DNA of 64,000 nucleotides from an uncultured Flavobacteriales bacterium (GCA_913048435.1 CAJWWC010000002.1:33485-97484); one strand, 5' to 3'. Counted from the stretch's first letter, positions 30,374 through 39,665 are shown. Program-made: numbers and translations. The notes: generated from the sequence alone by a model not told the origin.

Positions 30374-31897
30374 TCAAAGCGGTAAAACTACAAAATTAGT
30401 ATCTAGTGGATTAAGCTCTTCTTTCAACTTTTTTATAAAGTTATCACCATACTTTAGGTAATATGGAATAAAGTTATCGTAACGCTCTTGTAAAAAACGG
30501 TTTGGAAAAAAGCTTGTTTTAATTTTAGAAATCTTAGATAAAGCTAATTCATGCTTTTGCTTTTCTATTTTGTGTAGTTTTTTACTTAAATTTTCTAAAG
30601 ATTTTTTTTGTCTTTGGTGTTCGGCATCTATCATAGGCTCATATACCCTATCTTTAAACTTATCTTTTATGGAATGAAATATTTCGCTCAAAGACTCCAC
30701 TTTACTTTCTAGTGACAAATTAGCTTGATTTTGAACATATCTCTTGTGTAAATCGGATTCGGAACTAAAGAAATCTTCAAAAGAAAAACCTAAGTGATTT
30801 ATTTTATCTATGTTAGATGTCGTAGTTATGATGACTGAATTTCTCAAAACTAAAATAGGAAATGGTATATGTTCAGACTCAAAAGCTGTTTTTAACTGCA
30901 TCCAATAAGACAATTCGGCACCACCTCCAATATATGCTAGATTAGGAAGAATCATTTCTTGATATAATGGACGTAATAGAACGTTAGGGCTAAATTTTGT
31001 TGGATTGGCATCTATCAATTCATCATCCAATGGATTAATAATCCTTTTTCTACTAGACTGATCTAAATGAAAAAAGTTACAATTTCTAATAAAAGCTTGA
31101 ACTTTATATTTTTGACTAAGCTTTTCAGATTGCGAAGCAATAAGAGGATAAAATGAATGGTCTTGTATGTCTTTCTTCATAATATCCACAAAGGACTTTT
31201 TTAACTCAATATCATCACCATCAATGATAACAAGTCCATCGTATTTAAATAATTCATTTAACAAAATACGTGTTGCATTGGCTAGATTAAGTGAAGAATA
31301 GGCTTTATTAAAAATAGCTTTTAATCGCTCAGCATTTTTACCCTTACCTATAATTAAGTTTAAATCTTCCAAAACACTAGAGAAGTCAGATAAACTCATT
31401 CTACCTACTGCCCCACCTTGACTGCTATCCCATCGAATAGTCTGGCCAAATAAATTGATATGATTAATCTCATCAAAATCGTGATCTTCACTAGCTAACC
31501 AAAATACAGGCACAAAATGTTTGGAGGGGTATTTTTTCTTTAAAGCAAGACTTAAATTAATAGTAGACACTATTTTATATATAAAATATAAAGGCCCTGT
31601 AAAAATACACAACTGATGGCCTGTAGTTATTGTAAAAGTGTCTGTAGATTCTAATGATTCTATGTTAGATTGTGTCAAATCAGATAAATCAATGTCTTGG
31701 TTTTGTTTTTTCAAAACGTTAACCAAAGTCTTTCTATCGATATGAGATTGGCTTTTTTCCTCAATCTGATTATGAAAGTTATCAATAGTACTGTAACGAC
31801 CATAAAAAGAAGTTAATTCGATACTTTCAGACAAATAGTCTTGCACTAGAGGACTTAGAAAGTTAATTTTACGATATGGTATTTTAATAGAACTCAC
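30374..31897 (-). CDS. bshC: Bacillithiol biosynthesis cysteine-adding enzyme BshC
   Basis: 507 aa. N-terminal ...LVQDYL.., TGHQLCIFTGPLYFIYKIVSTINL, FWLASEDHDFDEINH and a C-terminal coiled-coil region fit BshC. Confidence 0.7.
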   Translation of the reverse strand: MSSIKIPYRKINFLSPLVQDYLSESIELTSFYGRYSTIDNFHNQIEEKSQSHIDRKTLVNVLKKQNQDIDLSDLTQSNIESLESTDTFTITTGHQLCIFTGPLYFIYKIVSTINLSLALKKKYPSKHFVPVFWLASEDHDFDEINHINLFGQTIRWDSSQGGAVGRMSLSDFSSVLEDLNLIIGKGKNAERLKAIFNKAYSSLNLANATRILLNELFKYDGLVIIDGDDIELKKSFVDIMKKDIQDHSFYPLIASQSEKLSQKYKVQAFIRNCNFFHLDQSSRKRIINPLDDELIDANPTKFSPNVLLRPLYQEMILPNLAYIGGGAELSYWMQLKTAFESEHIPFPILVLRNSVIITTTSNIDKINHLGFSFEDFFSSESDLHKRYVQNQANLSLESKVESLSEIFHSIKDKFKDRVYEPMIDAEHQRQKKSLENLSKKLHKIEKQKHELALSKISKIKTSFFPNRFLQERYDNFIPYYLKYGDNFIKKLKEELNPLDTNFVVLPL

Positions 31898-32027
31898 TCA
31901 GCGCAAAAGTAAGTAAAAATGTAATTTTTATGTAACAAAAACACAGGGAGATAAATTAGAACAATTGACTTAACTTAAGACTTATATTAAAATTAATTAA
32001 ATATTCAGCTTATAAACCATACAAATC

Positions 32028-32404
32028 TTAATGGTCAGCGTGGGTGATTTTGACTTTGGCAAAGTCACCCGTTCTTACATAAACATTTGAAGCTTTTACT
32101 AAAACTTCATTATCTAAGAGTTAGGAATTTCCTTATCTAAGTCTGGCTTATAGCGATCGGACAAACAACCAGTAACAAATAACTTGTCTATTTTAACATT
32201 AGATTTTCGTTCTGCCTGTTCAATGATAGTATTAATAGACTCTTCTTTAGCATTGTCAATGAAGCCACAGGTGTTGATAACCACAACATTAGCATACTTT
32301 TTATCCGATTCATGATCCACATCCATATCATTGGCTTTCAATTGCCCCATCAACACTTCTGAATCGTAAATATTTTTAGAATACCCTAGAGTGATAACAT
32401 TGAT
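32028..32404 (-). pseudogene. rimO: rimO (ribosomal protein S12 methylthiotransferase) relic: N-terminal MTTase fragment plus out-of-frame TRAM tail; radical-SAM core deleted
   Basis: 32404..32117 reads INVITLGYSKNIYDSEVLMGQL...VVINTCGFIDNAKEE...VTGCLSDRYKPDLDKEIPNS*. It is preceded in frame by TAA TAG, and the first cluster Cys is replaced by Tyr. 32120..32031 (another frame) reads LLDNEVLVKASNVYVRTGDFAKVKITHADH*. No CxxxCxxC region is present. Confidence 0.75.
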
Positions 32405-32434
32405 CTATTATTCTTTAATGACTTTGTTTTCACG

Positions 32435-33385
32435 TTAGTTGAATAAAGAATCTACAAACTCTCTCTTGTTGAATACTTGTAAATCTTCAATTCCCTCACC
32501 CACACCGATGTAGCGAACAGGAATTTTGAATTGGTCGGATATACCAATGATTACGCCACCTTTAGCTGTACCATCTAATTTACTAAGAGCTATAGAGTCT
32601 ACTTTTGTTGCTAAGGTAAATTGCTTGGCTTGTTCTATTGCGTTTTGCCCAGTAGAAGCATCTAAAACTAACATAACATCGTGAGGAGCATTAGGAATGA
32701 CTTTAGACATAACTTTTCTTATCTTAGTGAGCTCATTCATAAGATTAACTTTATTATGTAAACGGCCTGCCGTATCAATAATAACCACATCAGCTCCTTT
32801 ATTTTTAGATAACTGAACAGTATCAAAAGCTACTGATGCAGGGTCAGAACCCATTTCTTGTTTTACGATATCTACTCCTACTCTTTCAGACCAAATAACC
32901 AATTGGTCAACTGCAGCTGCTCTAAAAGTATCCGCCGCTCCTAAAACTACCTTCTTACCAGCTTGTTTGAATTGATGAGCTAATTTTCCGATGGTGGTAG
33001 TTTTACCCACACCATTCACCCCTACTACCATTATAACATGTGGTTCATCAGTTTTAGGAACTACAAATTCAAACTCATTCGAATTATTACTTTCTTCAAG
33101 TAAAAGACTCATTTCCTCTTTGAGAAAGGTGTTCAATTCTTTAGTGTTAAGGTATTTGTCTTTAGCTACCCTTTGTTCTAGTCTTTCAATAATTTTTAGA
33201 GTTGTTTCAACACCAATGTCAGAGGTAATTAAGGCTTCTTCAATATTATCTAATGCATCCTCATCAACTTTAGACTTTCCCGCAACCGCACGAGAAAGTT
33301 TTCCGAAAACATTTTCTTTAGTCTTTTCTAAACCTTTGTCTAGTTTGTCTTTTTTATCTTTTGAAAAAAAACCAAATATTCCCAT
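32435..33385 (-). CDS. ftsY: Signal recognition particle receptor FtsY
   Basis: MGIFGFFSKDKK start (the track start at 33436 adds 17 unlikely residues). GVNGVGKTTTIGKLA, DTAGRLHNK and LSKLDGTAKGG. Confidence 0.9.
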   Translation of the reverse strand: MGIFGFFSKDKKDKLDKGLEKTKENVFGKLSRAVAGKSKVDEDALDNIEEALITSDIGVETTLKIIERLEQRVAKDKYLNTKELNTFLKEEMSLLLEESNNSNEFEFVVPKTDEPHVIMVVGVNGVGKTTTIGKLAHQFKQAGKKVVLGAADTFRAAAVDQLVIWSERVGVDIVKQEMGSDPASVAFDTVQLSKNKGADVVIIDTAGRLHNKVNLMNELTKIRKVMSKVIPNAPHDVMLVLDASTGQNAIEQAKQFTLATKVDSIALSKLDGTAKGGVIIGISDQFKIPVRYIGVGEGIEDLQVFNKREFVDSLFN

Positions 33386-33461
33386 AGTTAATGATGTGTT
33401 TTTAAACAGAAAAAGCTCCTTTTGCAAGAAGCTCAAAACTCTTAAATTATAAAGTTGGGAC

Positions 33462-33617
33462 CTACTTTTTAGCCAAATATTCGTTCACTTTATCTTTAGA
33501 AACGATTTCTGATTTGAAACTGTAAGAACCCGTCTTTTCAGACTTGGTCATCTTAATTACTTTTGTAAAATCTTTTGCTCCTCTTTTCTGTAAAGATGCT
33601 ACTGCCTTCTTTGCCAT
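33462..33617 (-). CDS. DUF4295-type small basic protein (51 aa)
   Basis: Not in the ORF track (<60 aa). MAKKAVASLQKRGAKDFTKVIKMTKSEKTGSYSFKSEIVSKDKVNEYLAKK, read from ATG 33617..33615 to TAG 33464..33462. It occupies the conserved position between rpmG and ftsY. Confidence 0.7.
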   Translation of the reverse strand: MAKKAVASLQKRGAKDFTKVIKMTKSEKTGSYSFKSEIVSKDKVNEYLAKK

Positions 33618-33638
33618 AATATATCAGCTTTTAATTGC

Positions 33639-33821
33639 TTACTTAATTTCTTTATGTACCGTCATTTTCTTTAAGACAGGATTGAATTTTTTTAATTCCA
33701 TTCTTTCTGGTGTATTCTTTTTGTTCTTAGTAGTAACGTAACGAGAGGTACCTGGTTTACCAGATGCTTTATGCTCTGTACATTCTAATATCACTTGAAC
33801 TCTATTTCCTTTCTTAGCCAT
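33639..33821 (-). CDS. rpmG: 50S ribosomal protein L33
   Basis: [60 protein letters not shown]. Confidence 0.95.
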   Translation of the reverse strand: MAKKGNRVQVILECTEHKASGKPGTSRYVTTKNKKNTPERMELKKFNPVLKKMTVHKEIK

Positions 33822-33844
33822 TTGCTTAAAAAATTATTGGATCG

Positions 33845-33875
33845 CAAATTTAATTAAACTATTTTTATCTACAAA
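33845..33875 (-). promoter_or_regulatory. Bacteroidota-type promoter for rpmG (-33 TTTG, 19-nt spacer, -7 TAAATTTG)
   Basis: The minus strand reads TTTG (33875..33872), then 19 nt, then TAAATTTG (33852..33845), 23 nt before the rpmG ATG. It starts 3 nt after the upstream peptidase stop. Confidence 0.5.
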
Positions 33876-33877
33876 TT

Positions 33878-35563
33878 CTATTGAAGCTTTTTAACATCTA
33901 TCAAAAATAAATGATTTGCAATCTGAAAATCCTTCTTCCAAATGGATAAATCTAACTCTTTCCATTCACTTTCAGGATAAATCCAATCAAATACACCGTT
34001 ATCTAAAGTTACTTTTAAGGGCATGTCAAACCCATCAATAGCGTTCCACCTGAATTTTAAGGTTTTTTGCTTACCCCAACCACATAATTCATATTCAAAT
34101 TGAGGTAATTTTGGCGTATATAGATACTGCTCATATAATTTATTAAAATTACGTCCGCTTTTTTCATTAATATAATTTAAAACTTCTCTACCATCTACTG
34201 TTTGGTGTTTAAAATGATTAGTCATAGATTTAAATAAATCAAACCACAATGTATCGTTGTCAACAACACTTCTCAAAGTGTGTATAAAAGCACTACCCTT
34301 TGCATACATATCACCACTACCCTTATTATGTACATCAGGAGTTCCTACAATTGCTCGTCTGTTCTGAGCCATAGACATCTGATTTTTTACATATTTAATC
34401 ATAGCATCGTATCCATAGGAACATTCCACAAATAATAATTCAGAATAAGTACAGAACGTCTCTTGTATCCACATATCAGAAATATCATTCGCAGTAATGC
34501 TATTGCCCCACCATTCATGAGCACTTTCGTGAACAATGATAAAATCAAAACCCAATCCAGCCGTAAAACGTAAATTACCCAAATAACCTAGTCTAAACTT
34601 ATTACCATAAGCAATAGCACTCTGGTGTTCCATTCCTAAATACGGAGTTTCAACCAAAGTAAAACCATCATTCCAAAATGGGTATGGCCCCAAATATTTT
34701 TGAAAACAATCTAGCATAGGCTTAACTACCTCAAATTGCTCTTTGGCTTTCTCAAGGTTATAAGGTAATACGTAGTAATCCAAATTTAGTGTGTCATTAC
34801 CACTTATATACTTGTCCCAAAAATGAGTATAATCACCAATATTTAGAGTCACATTATAATTGTTGATCGGATAAGAAACAAACCAGTGGTATGTATTGTA
34901 CAACTTTGTTGACTTACGTAAATCATGAAAGCGCATATTACCATTTGAAATGCATTGCAAGCCTGCTGGAACTTGACAGCTAATAAGCATACTGTCTGGC
35001 TCATCTGATTGGTGGTCTTTATTAGGCCACCAAGAACTAGCTCCTAAGCCTTGACAAGATACACCCACCCAATCTTTACCATTATCGTCTTTTTCCCATG
35101 AGAAACCACCATCCCAAGGTGGATTTATAGCAACTCTGGGATTACCGCTATAATAAACTCTAATGAAAGTTTGTTCGCCACTTTTCACAAGCCTATCAAA
35201 ATTCACGAAAACAGCGTTAAATTCTCTGTAATATTTTTGAGCTCTACCTTCAAACTGAATTTCAGAAATTTTCATATTCTCAAATAAATCAATTTGTATA
35301 CGTTCAAAATCAGACTTAGCTTTAAAATGAATTTCAGAATAACCTTTTATGAATTTTTCTTCGGGATAAACAGAGATTTTTAGATGATAATAATTAACGT
35401 CATAACATATCCTTTCAATTGATAAATGACCTCTTAGACTATCTTTTCTACCAAATTCTTGAGAATATGTAACTAAAGATTGAGAAAAAATAAATAATAA
35501 AACAAGTATTTTGATAGTCTTCAGAAATGAATTTATTGGATAAGAGTAAGCGTTAAAGTACAA
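33878..35563 (-). CDS. M1-family zinc metallopeptidase (aminopeptidase N-like), secreted
   Basis: HESAHEWWGN (HExxH) with downstream WIQETFCTYSE (third-ligand Glu) and a GMEHQS exopeptidase-like motif. The N-terminal hydrophobic leader is present. The TTG start at 35563 is uncertain and overlaps the upstream gene by 31 nt. Confidence 0.8.
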   Translation of the reverse strand: MYFNAYSYPINSFLKTIKILVLLFIFSQSLVTYSQEFGRKDSLRGHLSIERICYDVNYYHLKISVYPEEKFIKGYSEIHFKAKSDFERIQIDLFENMKISEIQFEGRAQKYYREFNAVFVNFDRLVKSGEQTFIRVYYSGNPRVAINPPWDGGFSWEKDDNGKDWVGVSCQGLGASSWWPNKDHQSDEPDSMLISCQVPAGLQCISNGNMRFHDLRKSTKLYNTYHWFVSYPINNYNVTLNIGDYTHFWDKYISGNDTLNLDYYVLPYNLEKAKEQFEVVKPMLDCFQKYLGPYPFWNDGFTLVETPYLGMEHQSAIAYGNKFRLGYLGNLRFTAGLGFDFIIVHESAHEWWGNSITANDISDMWIQETFCTYSELLFVECSYGYDAMIKYVKNQMSMAQNRRAIVGTPDVHNKGSGDMYAKGSAFIHTLRSVVDNDTLWFDLFKSMTNHFKHQTVDGREVLNYINEKSGRNFNKLYEQYLYTPKLPQFEYELCGWGKQKTLKFRWNAIDGFDMPLKVTLDNGVFDWIYPESEWKELDLSIWKKDFQIANHLFLIDVKKLQ

Positions 35564-36144
35564 TTTTCTGTCAAAACAGTAACCGATGCCGAAATATTAA
35601 TTACAGCTGTAGTTTCTGACTGCAGAAATCCTGTCCCTGATATTTGAGTTAATCCTGTGGGGTCTTCACCACTAACAGAAATATTACCATTGTTATCGAT
35701 AGAACCCTCAAGACTAAATAAACCAAAATCCACAACTAAGTCTCCTTCATTTTCACCTTCTTCAATAGTGATTTCACTTGCACCAACATCTATAAGTTTA
35801 GACATAATAAAACCGTCACAATTAGACTCAACCGCCCAGTTATTTATCATTAATTGTGACGCATATACACAACTTCCGTCATCAATTGTTGCCTCAGGAT
35901 CAAAATTGAAAGCTAGCTCATCCATACATCCATAACAAGAGTAGTCGCATGACTCGTTATCGATATTTGCTAAATTGTTGTAGTTGCAAGCCGTATCAAC
36001 CATACAGCCAAAAATAGTTTCAACATTATTACTACCTCCATTTGGATTAGTATCATCATTAATGTTATCATCTTCTTTTTTGCAAGAGGCAATTACTACA
36101 GATGTTAAAACGAAAGTTAAAAATAATCTAAAGCTAAATTTCAT
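35533..36144 (-). CDS. Lipoprotein with tandem Cys-rich GCMD..ACNYN..A..DDGSC.Y motifs, unknown function
   Basis: MKFSFRLFLTFVLTSVVIASC lipobox (ATG 36144; the track start at 36192 is less likely). GCMVDTACNYNNLANIDNESCDY is followed by GCMDELAFNFDPEATIDDGSCVY. Confidence 0.55.
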   Translation of the reverse strand: MKFSFRLFLTFVLTSVVIASCKKEDDNINDDTNPNGGSNNVETIFGCMVDTACNYNNLANIDNESCDYSCYGCMDELAFNFDPEATIDDGSCVYASQLMINNWAVESNCDGFIMSKLIDVGASEITIEEGENEGDLVVDFGLFSLEGSIDNNGNISVSGEDPTGLTQISGTGFLQSETTAVINISASVTVLTENCTLTLTLIQ

Positions 36145-36221
36145 AAATGTTGAACATTTGGTTAAAAAAAAAGTCGTTACCAAATGTAACAACTTTATTT
36201 TAAAACTAAAGTAAACTGTTT

Positions 36222-36461
36222 TTACAACAATGTATTATCATTTTCCAATGCTTTTTTCAATACTGAGGTAATACCATTTTTGTCGATAGTTCTAAGAGCA
36301 CTGGTAGAAACCTTTAAAGTAATCCACTCACCAGATTCTGGAATAAAAAACTTTTTAGTTTGTAAGTTTGGATAAAACTTTCTCTTTGTTTTCCTGTTGG
36401 AGTGAGAAACATTGTTTCCAACCATCACTTTTTTACCAGTTAAATCACAAATTCTTGACAT
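36222..36461 (-). CDS. rpmB: 50S ribosomal protein L28
   Basis: MSRICDLTGKKVMVGNNVSHSNRKTKRKFYPNLQ... A TATATTTG -7-type box lies upstream on the minus strand. Confidence 0.95.
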   Translation of the reverse strand: MSRICDLTGKKVMVGNNVSHSNRKTKRKFYPNLQTKKFFIPESGEWITLKVSTSALRTIDKNGITSVLKKALENDNTLL

Positions 36462-36524
36462 CTCTAAATTGTTTAATTATTTTAGATTGCAAATATAATT
36501 TTATTTATTAAAAAAACTAACCTT

Positions 36525-37757
36525 TTATTTATCTGCTACACTAATCAAAAAATTGAGCGCTTCATTTGAAGCTCGAATGATATTTGTATCTCTATCAGTA
36601 TTGTATGTTACAGTCTGAGAATATATATCTAAAGGGGTAGCAACTGCAATACAAATTGTACCTCCTTTAACACCCTCACTGTCGCACAATTCAGCTAATC
36701 CTGAGGTTGATATTGCAAAATCACTCTTGAATAATTTTTGAGAACATTGCGCCATTTCTTGAACAACTTCTTCGCTTATAACTCCATATTTAAAAATTGT
36801 TTCGGCTTTTACACCAAGAATATTTTCTTTTGTAGCGTTGGAATAAGCTACTATAGATCCATTAAAGTAGTTAGAACTGCCAGAAACAGAAGTCAACATC
36901 TTTGCAATATTACCACCAGTACAACTTTCAGCAACTGAAAGTGTAGAATTGGTATTTTTCATAATTTGTCCCACGACTTCTTCATTCAAACGCGTTTGAT
37001 ATTTTGAAAAATATGGACCTATTAAAGATTTTAGGGTACCTATATTTTTGTTTATGAGATTTTCTAAATATTGTCTGTCCGAACCTCTTGCAGTAAATCG
37101 TAACATCAAACAACTTTCAGAAGGTAAATAAGCTAATTTTATTTCTTTAGCTAAATCATTTTCCCAATCAACAATTAGTTCTGCTAAATGAGACTCAATA
37201 ATTCCTCTAATGTAAACTGTTTTATGTACAATTTCTAAAAGATTAAATTGTTTCTTAAGTTTATGAAGGACTAATTTCATCATGGACTTCATCTCGTAAG
37301 GAACACCAGGCATTGAAACTACTATTTTACCATCATACTCAAACCAAAAACCTGGCGCTGTTCCTTTTCTGTTTTTTATAACCTTACATTTAGAGGGTAT
37401 AAAAGCTTGTGATTCTGTAAGCTTATTAATAGTTCTTTTTCTCGAATCAAAATATTTTGTGATGTCATCTAATATGCTTTGACTTAAAATCAATTCATCG
37501 TCAAAATATTCACAAAGTGTTTGCTTTGTGATATCATCTTTGGTGGGACCTAAACCACCGGTAATCAGAACTATGTCTGAGCGTTCAAGAGATTGAGAAA
37601 GTGTAGAGATAATGTGGTCTTTTTTATCAGAAACAGAAATTATTTGCAAAACATGAATTCCGTTTTTCTCTAATAAATCACTTATCCATGCCGAGTTTGT
37701 ATCAATGGTCTGACCAATCAATATCTCATCACCAATAGTTATAACTTCAGCTTTCAT
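36525..37757 (-). CDS. cinA: CinA-family protein (MoCF-binding domain plus NMN deamidase PncC-like domain)
   Basis: MKAEVITIGDEILIGQTIDTNSAWIS, ITGGLGPTKDDITK, and C-terminal SVAESCTGGNIAKMLT. Confidence 0.85.
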   Translation of the reverse strand: MKAEVITIGDEILIGQTIDTNSAWISDLLEKNGIHVLQIISVSDKKDHIISTLSQSLERSDIVLITGGLGPTKDDITKQTLCEYFDDELILSQSILDDITKYFDSRKRTINKLTESQAFIPSKCKVIKNRKGTAPGFWFEYDGKIVVSMPGVPYEMKSMMKLVLHKLKKQFNLLEIVHKTVYIRGIIESHLAELIVDWENDLAKEIKLAYLPSESCLMLRFTARGSDRQYLENLINKNIGTLKSLIGPYFSKYQTRLNEEVVGQIMKNTNSTLSVAESCTGGNIAKMLTSVSGSSNYFNGSIVAYSNATKENILGVKAETIFKYGVISEEVVQEMAQCSQKLFKSDFAISTSGLAELCDSEGVKGGTICIAVATPLDIYSQTVTYNTDRDTNIIRASNEALNFLISVADK

Positions 37758-37778
37758 ATTTAACCTTTGAACATAAGG

Positions 37779-38174
37779 TTATTCAATAATGTAAAATGAT
37801 CTTTTTTGAGCAGTTTCTTCACTATCAATGTCTTGTAATGTTACTGTAAGCTCATATCTGCCAGGCTCAAGATCAGGATAAGGTAAATTTATTTGCATTG
37901 TGTCAACTAAAGATAGTCCTGACAAATCATAATCCATCTCATAATTCCAAGGTGCTGAAGCAAGTCTTGCATCAACAAAATTATCTAAAATTGAAACTCT
38001 AAACTGATTCAAACCTGTATCATCAGAAAATTCATACATAAATTCAAGCATAGCACCCTTTTCTTTTTGAATGTTATTGTTGCTAATAATAAGTGAATTT
38101 ATTATGGGAGCATCATTAATTTTTTGACATGAGTAAATAACGCAAAGTGTAGATAGTATTAAAATTTTTCTCAT
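37779..38174 (-). CDS. Small lipoprotein, Ig-like/beta-sandwich, unknown function
   Basis: Lipobox VIYSC. 131 aa, no motif recognised. It is sandwiched between hisS and cinA. Confidence 0.45.
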   Translation of the reverse strand: MRKILILSTLCVIYSCQKINDAPIINSLIISNNNIQKEKGAMLEFMYEFSDDTGLNQFRVSILDNFVDARLASAPWNYEMDYDLSGLSLVDTMQINLPYPDLEPGRYELTVTLQDIDSEETAQKRSFYIIE

Positions 38175-38180
38175 TGTGAA

Positions 38181-39542
38181 TTACTTTAAAATTGATATCA
38201 ATTGTTTAAATGTTACATTGACTTGTGAACCATCATTCATATTTTTTACGGTAATTGAATTATTAGTTATTTCATCTTCACCAATCAACAGAACGAAATT
38301 AACATTTTTCTTATTGGCGTATTGCATTTGTTTTTTCATTTTTGATGGAGATGGATAAATTTCAGATTTGATACCTTCTGACCTCAATTTTTTTAATAAA
38401 TTTAAACAATAAGTAGATTCGCTTTCCCCAAAATTTACAAACATAACTTTTGAATCTAATTCTGAAAAATCAGGAAACAAATTGAACATTTCTAGAACCA
38501 TACAAATTCTATCAAAACCAAAAGAAATTCCAACTCCCGACATATTTTCAATACCAAATATTTCTGTAAGATTATCATATCTACCTCCACCACCAAGACT
38601 GCCTATATTAACATCATTGGCAACAACTTCAAAAATTGCACCTGTATAATAATTCAAACCTCTGGCTAAACTTACATCAATTTCCAAATTTAAAGATTTA
38701 AGATTGATTTTTTCTAATTGAGAAACTACTTTACTTAATTCATTTACTCCTTTTATACCAGTTAAAGAATTTTTAAGAAAATCCTTCAAAGAAATTATCT
38801 TGGATGAATTAGCTCCTGAAAGATTTAAAAAAATAAAAATACTAGAAACTGATTCCTCAGAAATCCCTTTATCATATAATTCTTGCTTTACCTTTAATTC
38901 CCCCATTTTATCTAACTTGTCCAGAGCAACAGTAATATCAATAATTTTATCTTCCTCTCCAATGATTTCGGATATTCCACTTAAAATTTTCCTGTTGTTA
39001 ATTTTTAGTGTGATATTTCTTAGATTAAGAGAATCAAATATTTCATCATACAATTGAATTAGTTCTACTTCTGCAAGAAGAGAATTTGAACCAATAATAT
39101 CAGCATCACACTGATAAAATTCTCTAAATCTACCTTTTTGGGGGCGATCTGACCTCCAAACATTTTGCATCTGAAATCTTTTGAAAGGAAATACAATATT
39201 ATTTCTATTTTGAGCAACGTATCTAGCAAATGGAACAGTCAAGTCGTACCTCAAAGCCTTATCAGAAATTTGTGGCGTTAAGGATTTAAAATTTGTCGAT
39301 TTTTCTATTTTGACTTGAGAAAGATAATTTCCTGATTTTAATATTTTAAAAATTAATTGTTCACCTTCATCTCCATATTTACCGGTCAAAGTTTCTAGTT
39401 TTTCTATGCTAGGAGTTTCAATTTGCTCAAAACTGAATATTTCAAAAGCTTTTTTCATCTTTTGAAAAACATAGTTTCTTTGTCTCATAACATTTGGAGA
39501 AAAGTCTCTTGTTCCACTGGGAATACTTGGCTTACTATTCAT
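38181..39542 (-). CDS. hisS: Histidine--tRNA ligase
   Basis: PSGTRDFSP, FRYDLTVPFARY-like LRYDLTVPFARY, RFREFYQCDADIIG and GGGRYDNL are class II HisRS motifs. Confidence 0.95.
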   Translation of the reverse strand: MNSKPSIPSGTRDFSPNVMRQRNYVFQKMKKAFEIFSFEQIETPSIEKLETLTGKYGDEGEQLIFKILKSGNYLSQVKIEKSTNFKSLTPQISDKALRYDLTVPFARYVAQNRNNIVFPFKRFQMQNVWRSDRPQKGRFREFYQCDADIIGSNSLLAEVELIQLYDEIFDSLNLRNITLKINNRKILSGISEIIGEEDKIIDITVALDKLDKMGELKVKQELYDKGISEESVSSIFIFLNLSGANSSKIISLKDFLKNSLTGIKGVNELSKVVSQLEKINLKSLNLEIDVSLARGLNYYTGAIFEVVANDVNIGSLGGGGRYDNLTEIFGIENMSGVGISFGFDRICMVLEMFNLFPDFSELDSKVMFVNFGESESTYCLNLLKKLRSEGIKSEIYPSPSKMKKQMQYANKKNVNFVLLIGEDEITNNSITVKNMNDGSQVNVTFKQLISILK

Positions 39543-39558
39543 TTATTTTTTTTTACGA

Positions 39559-39568
39559 GCAAATATCT
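39559..39568 (-). promoter_or_regulatory. Possible -7 promoter element for hisS (AGATATTTGC)
   Basis: The minus strand reads AGATATTTGC 17 nt before the hisS ATG. The same 10-mer occurs on the plus strand at 39656..39665, before the divergent gene. Confidence 0.3.
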
Positions 39569-39655
39569 AAAAAATTACTCATGTAAATTGTCATGTTTTA
39601 ATATATTTAAATTTAATTTTTGCAAAAAAGTGTTGTGAGATGAAAATAATTATTA

Positions 39656-39665
39656 AGATATTTGC
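39656..39665 (+). promoter_or_regulatory. Possible -7 promoter element for the small OMP gene (AGATATTTGC)
   Basis: Identical 10-mer to 39559..39568 on the opposite strand, about 32 nt before ATG 39697. Confidence 0.3.

Noticed and set aside
32114-32356. 80-aa minus-strand ORF from the track, taken as a stand-alone small gene
   Set aside because: Its sequence is the N-terminal MTTase domain of RimO. Homology continues upstream of the listed GTG without a start codon, and the rest of the gene is deleted. I treat it as part of a pseudogene.
32991-33452. 153-aa plus-strand ORF
   Set aside because: It is exactly antisense to the well-supported ftsY gene. The translation is Ser/Leu/Thr-rich with no motif, which is the typical shadow frame of a real gene. 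The same reasoning applies to the other antisense or alternate-frame track ORFs inside folD, ffh, argS, guaA, ccsBA and hisS, such as 17604..17789, 18457..18678, 20134..20385, 29682..29963, 61199..61426 and 38800..39057.
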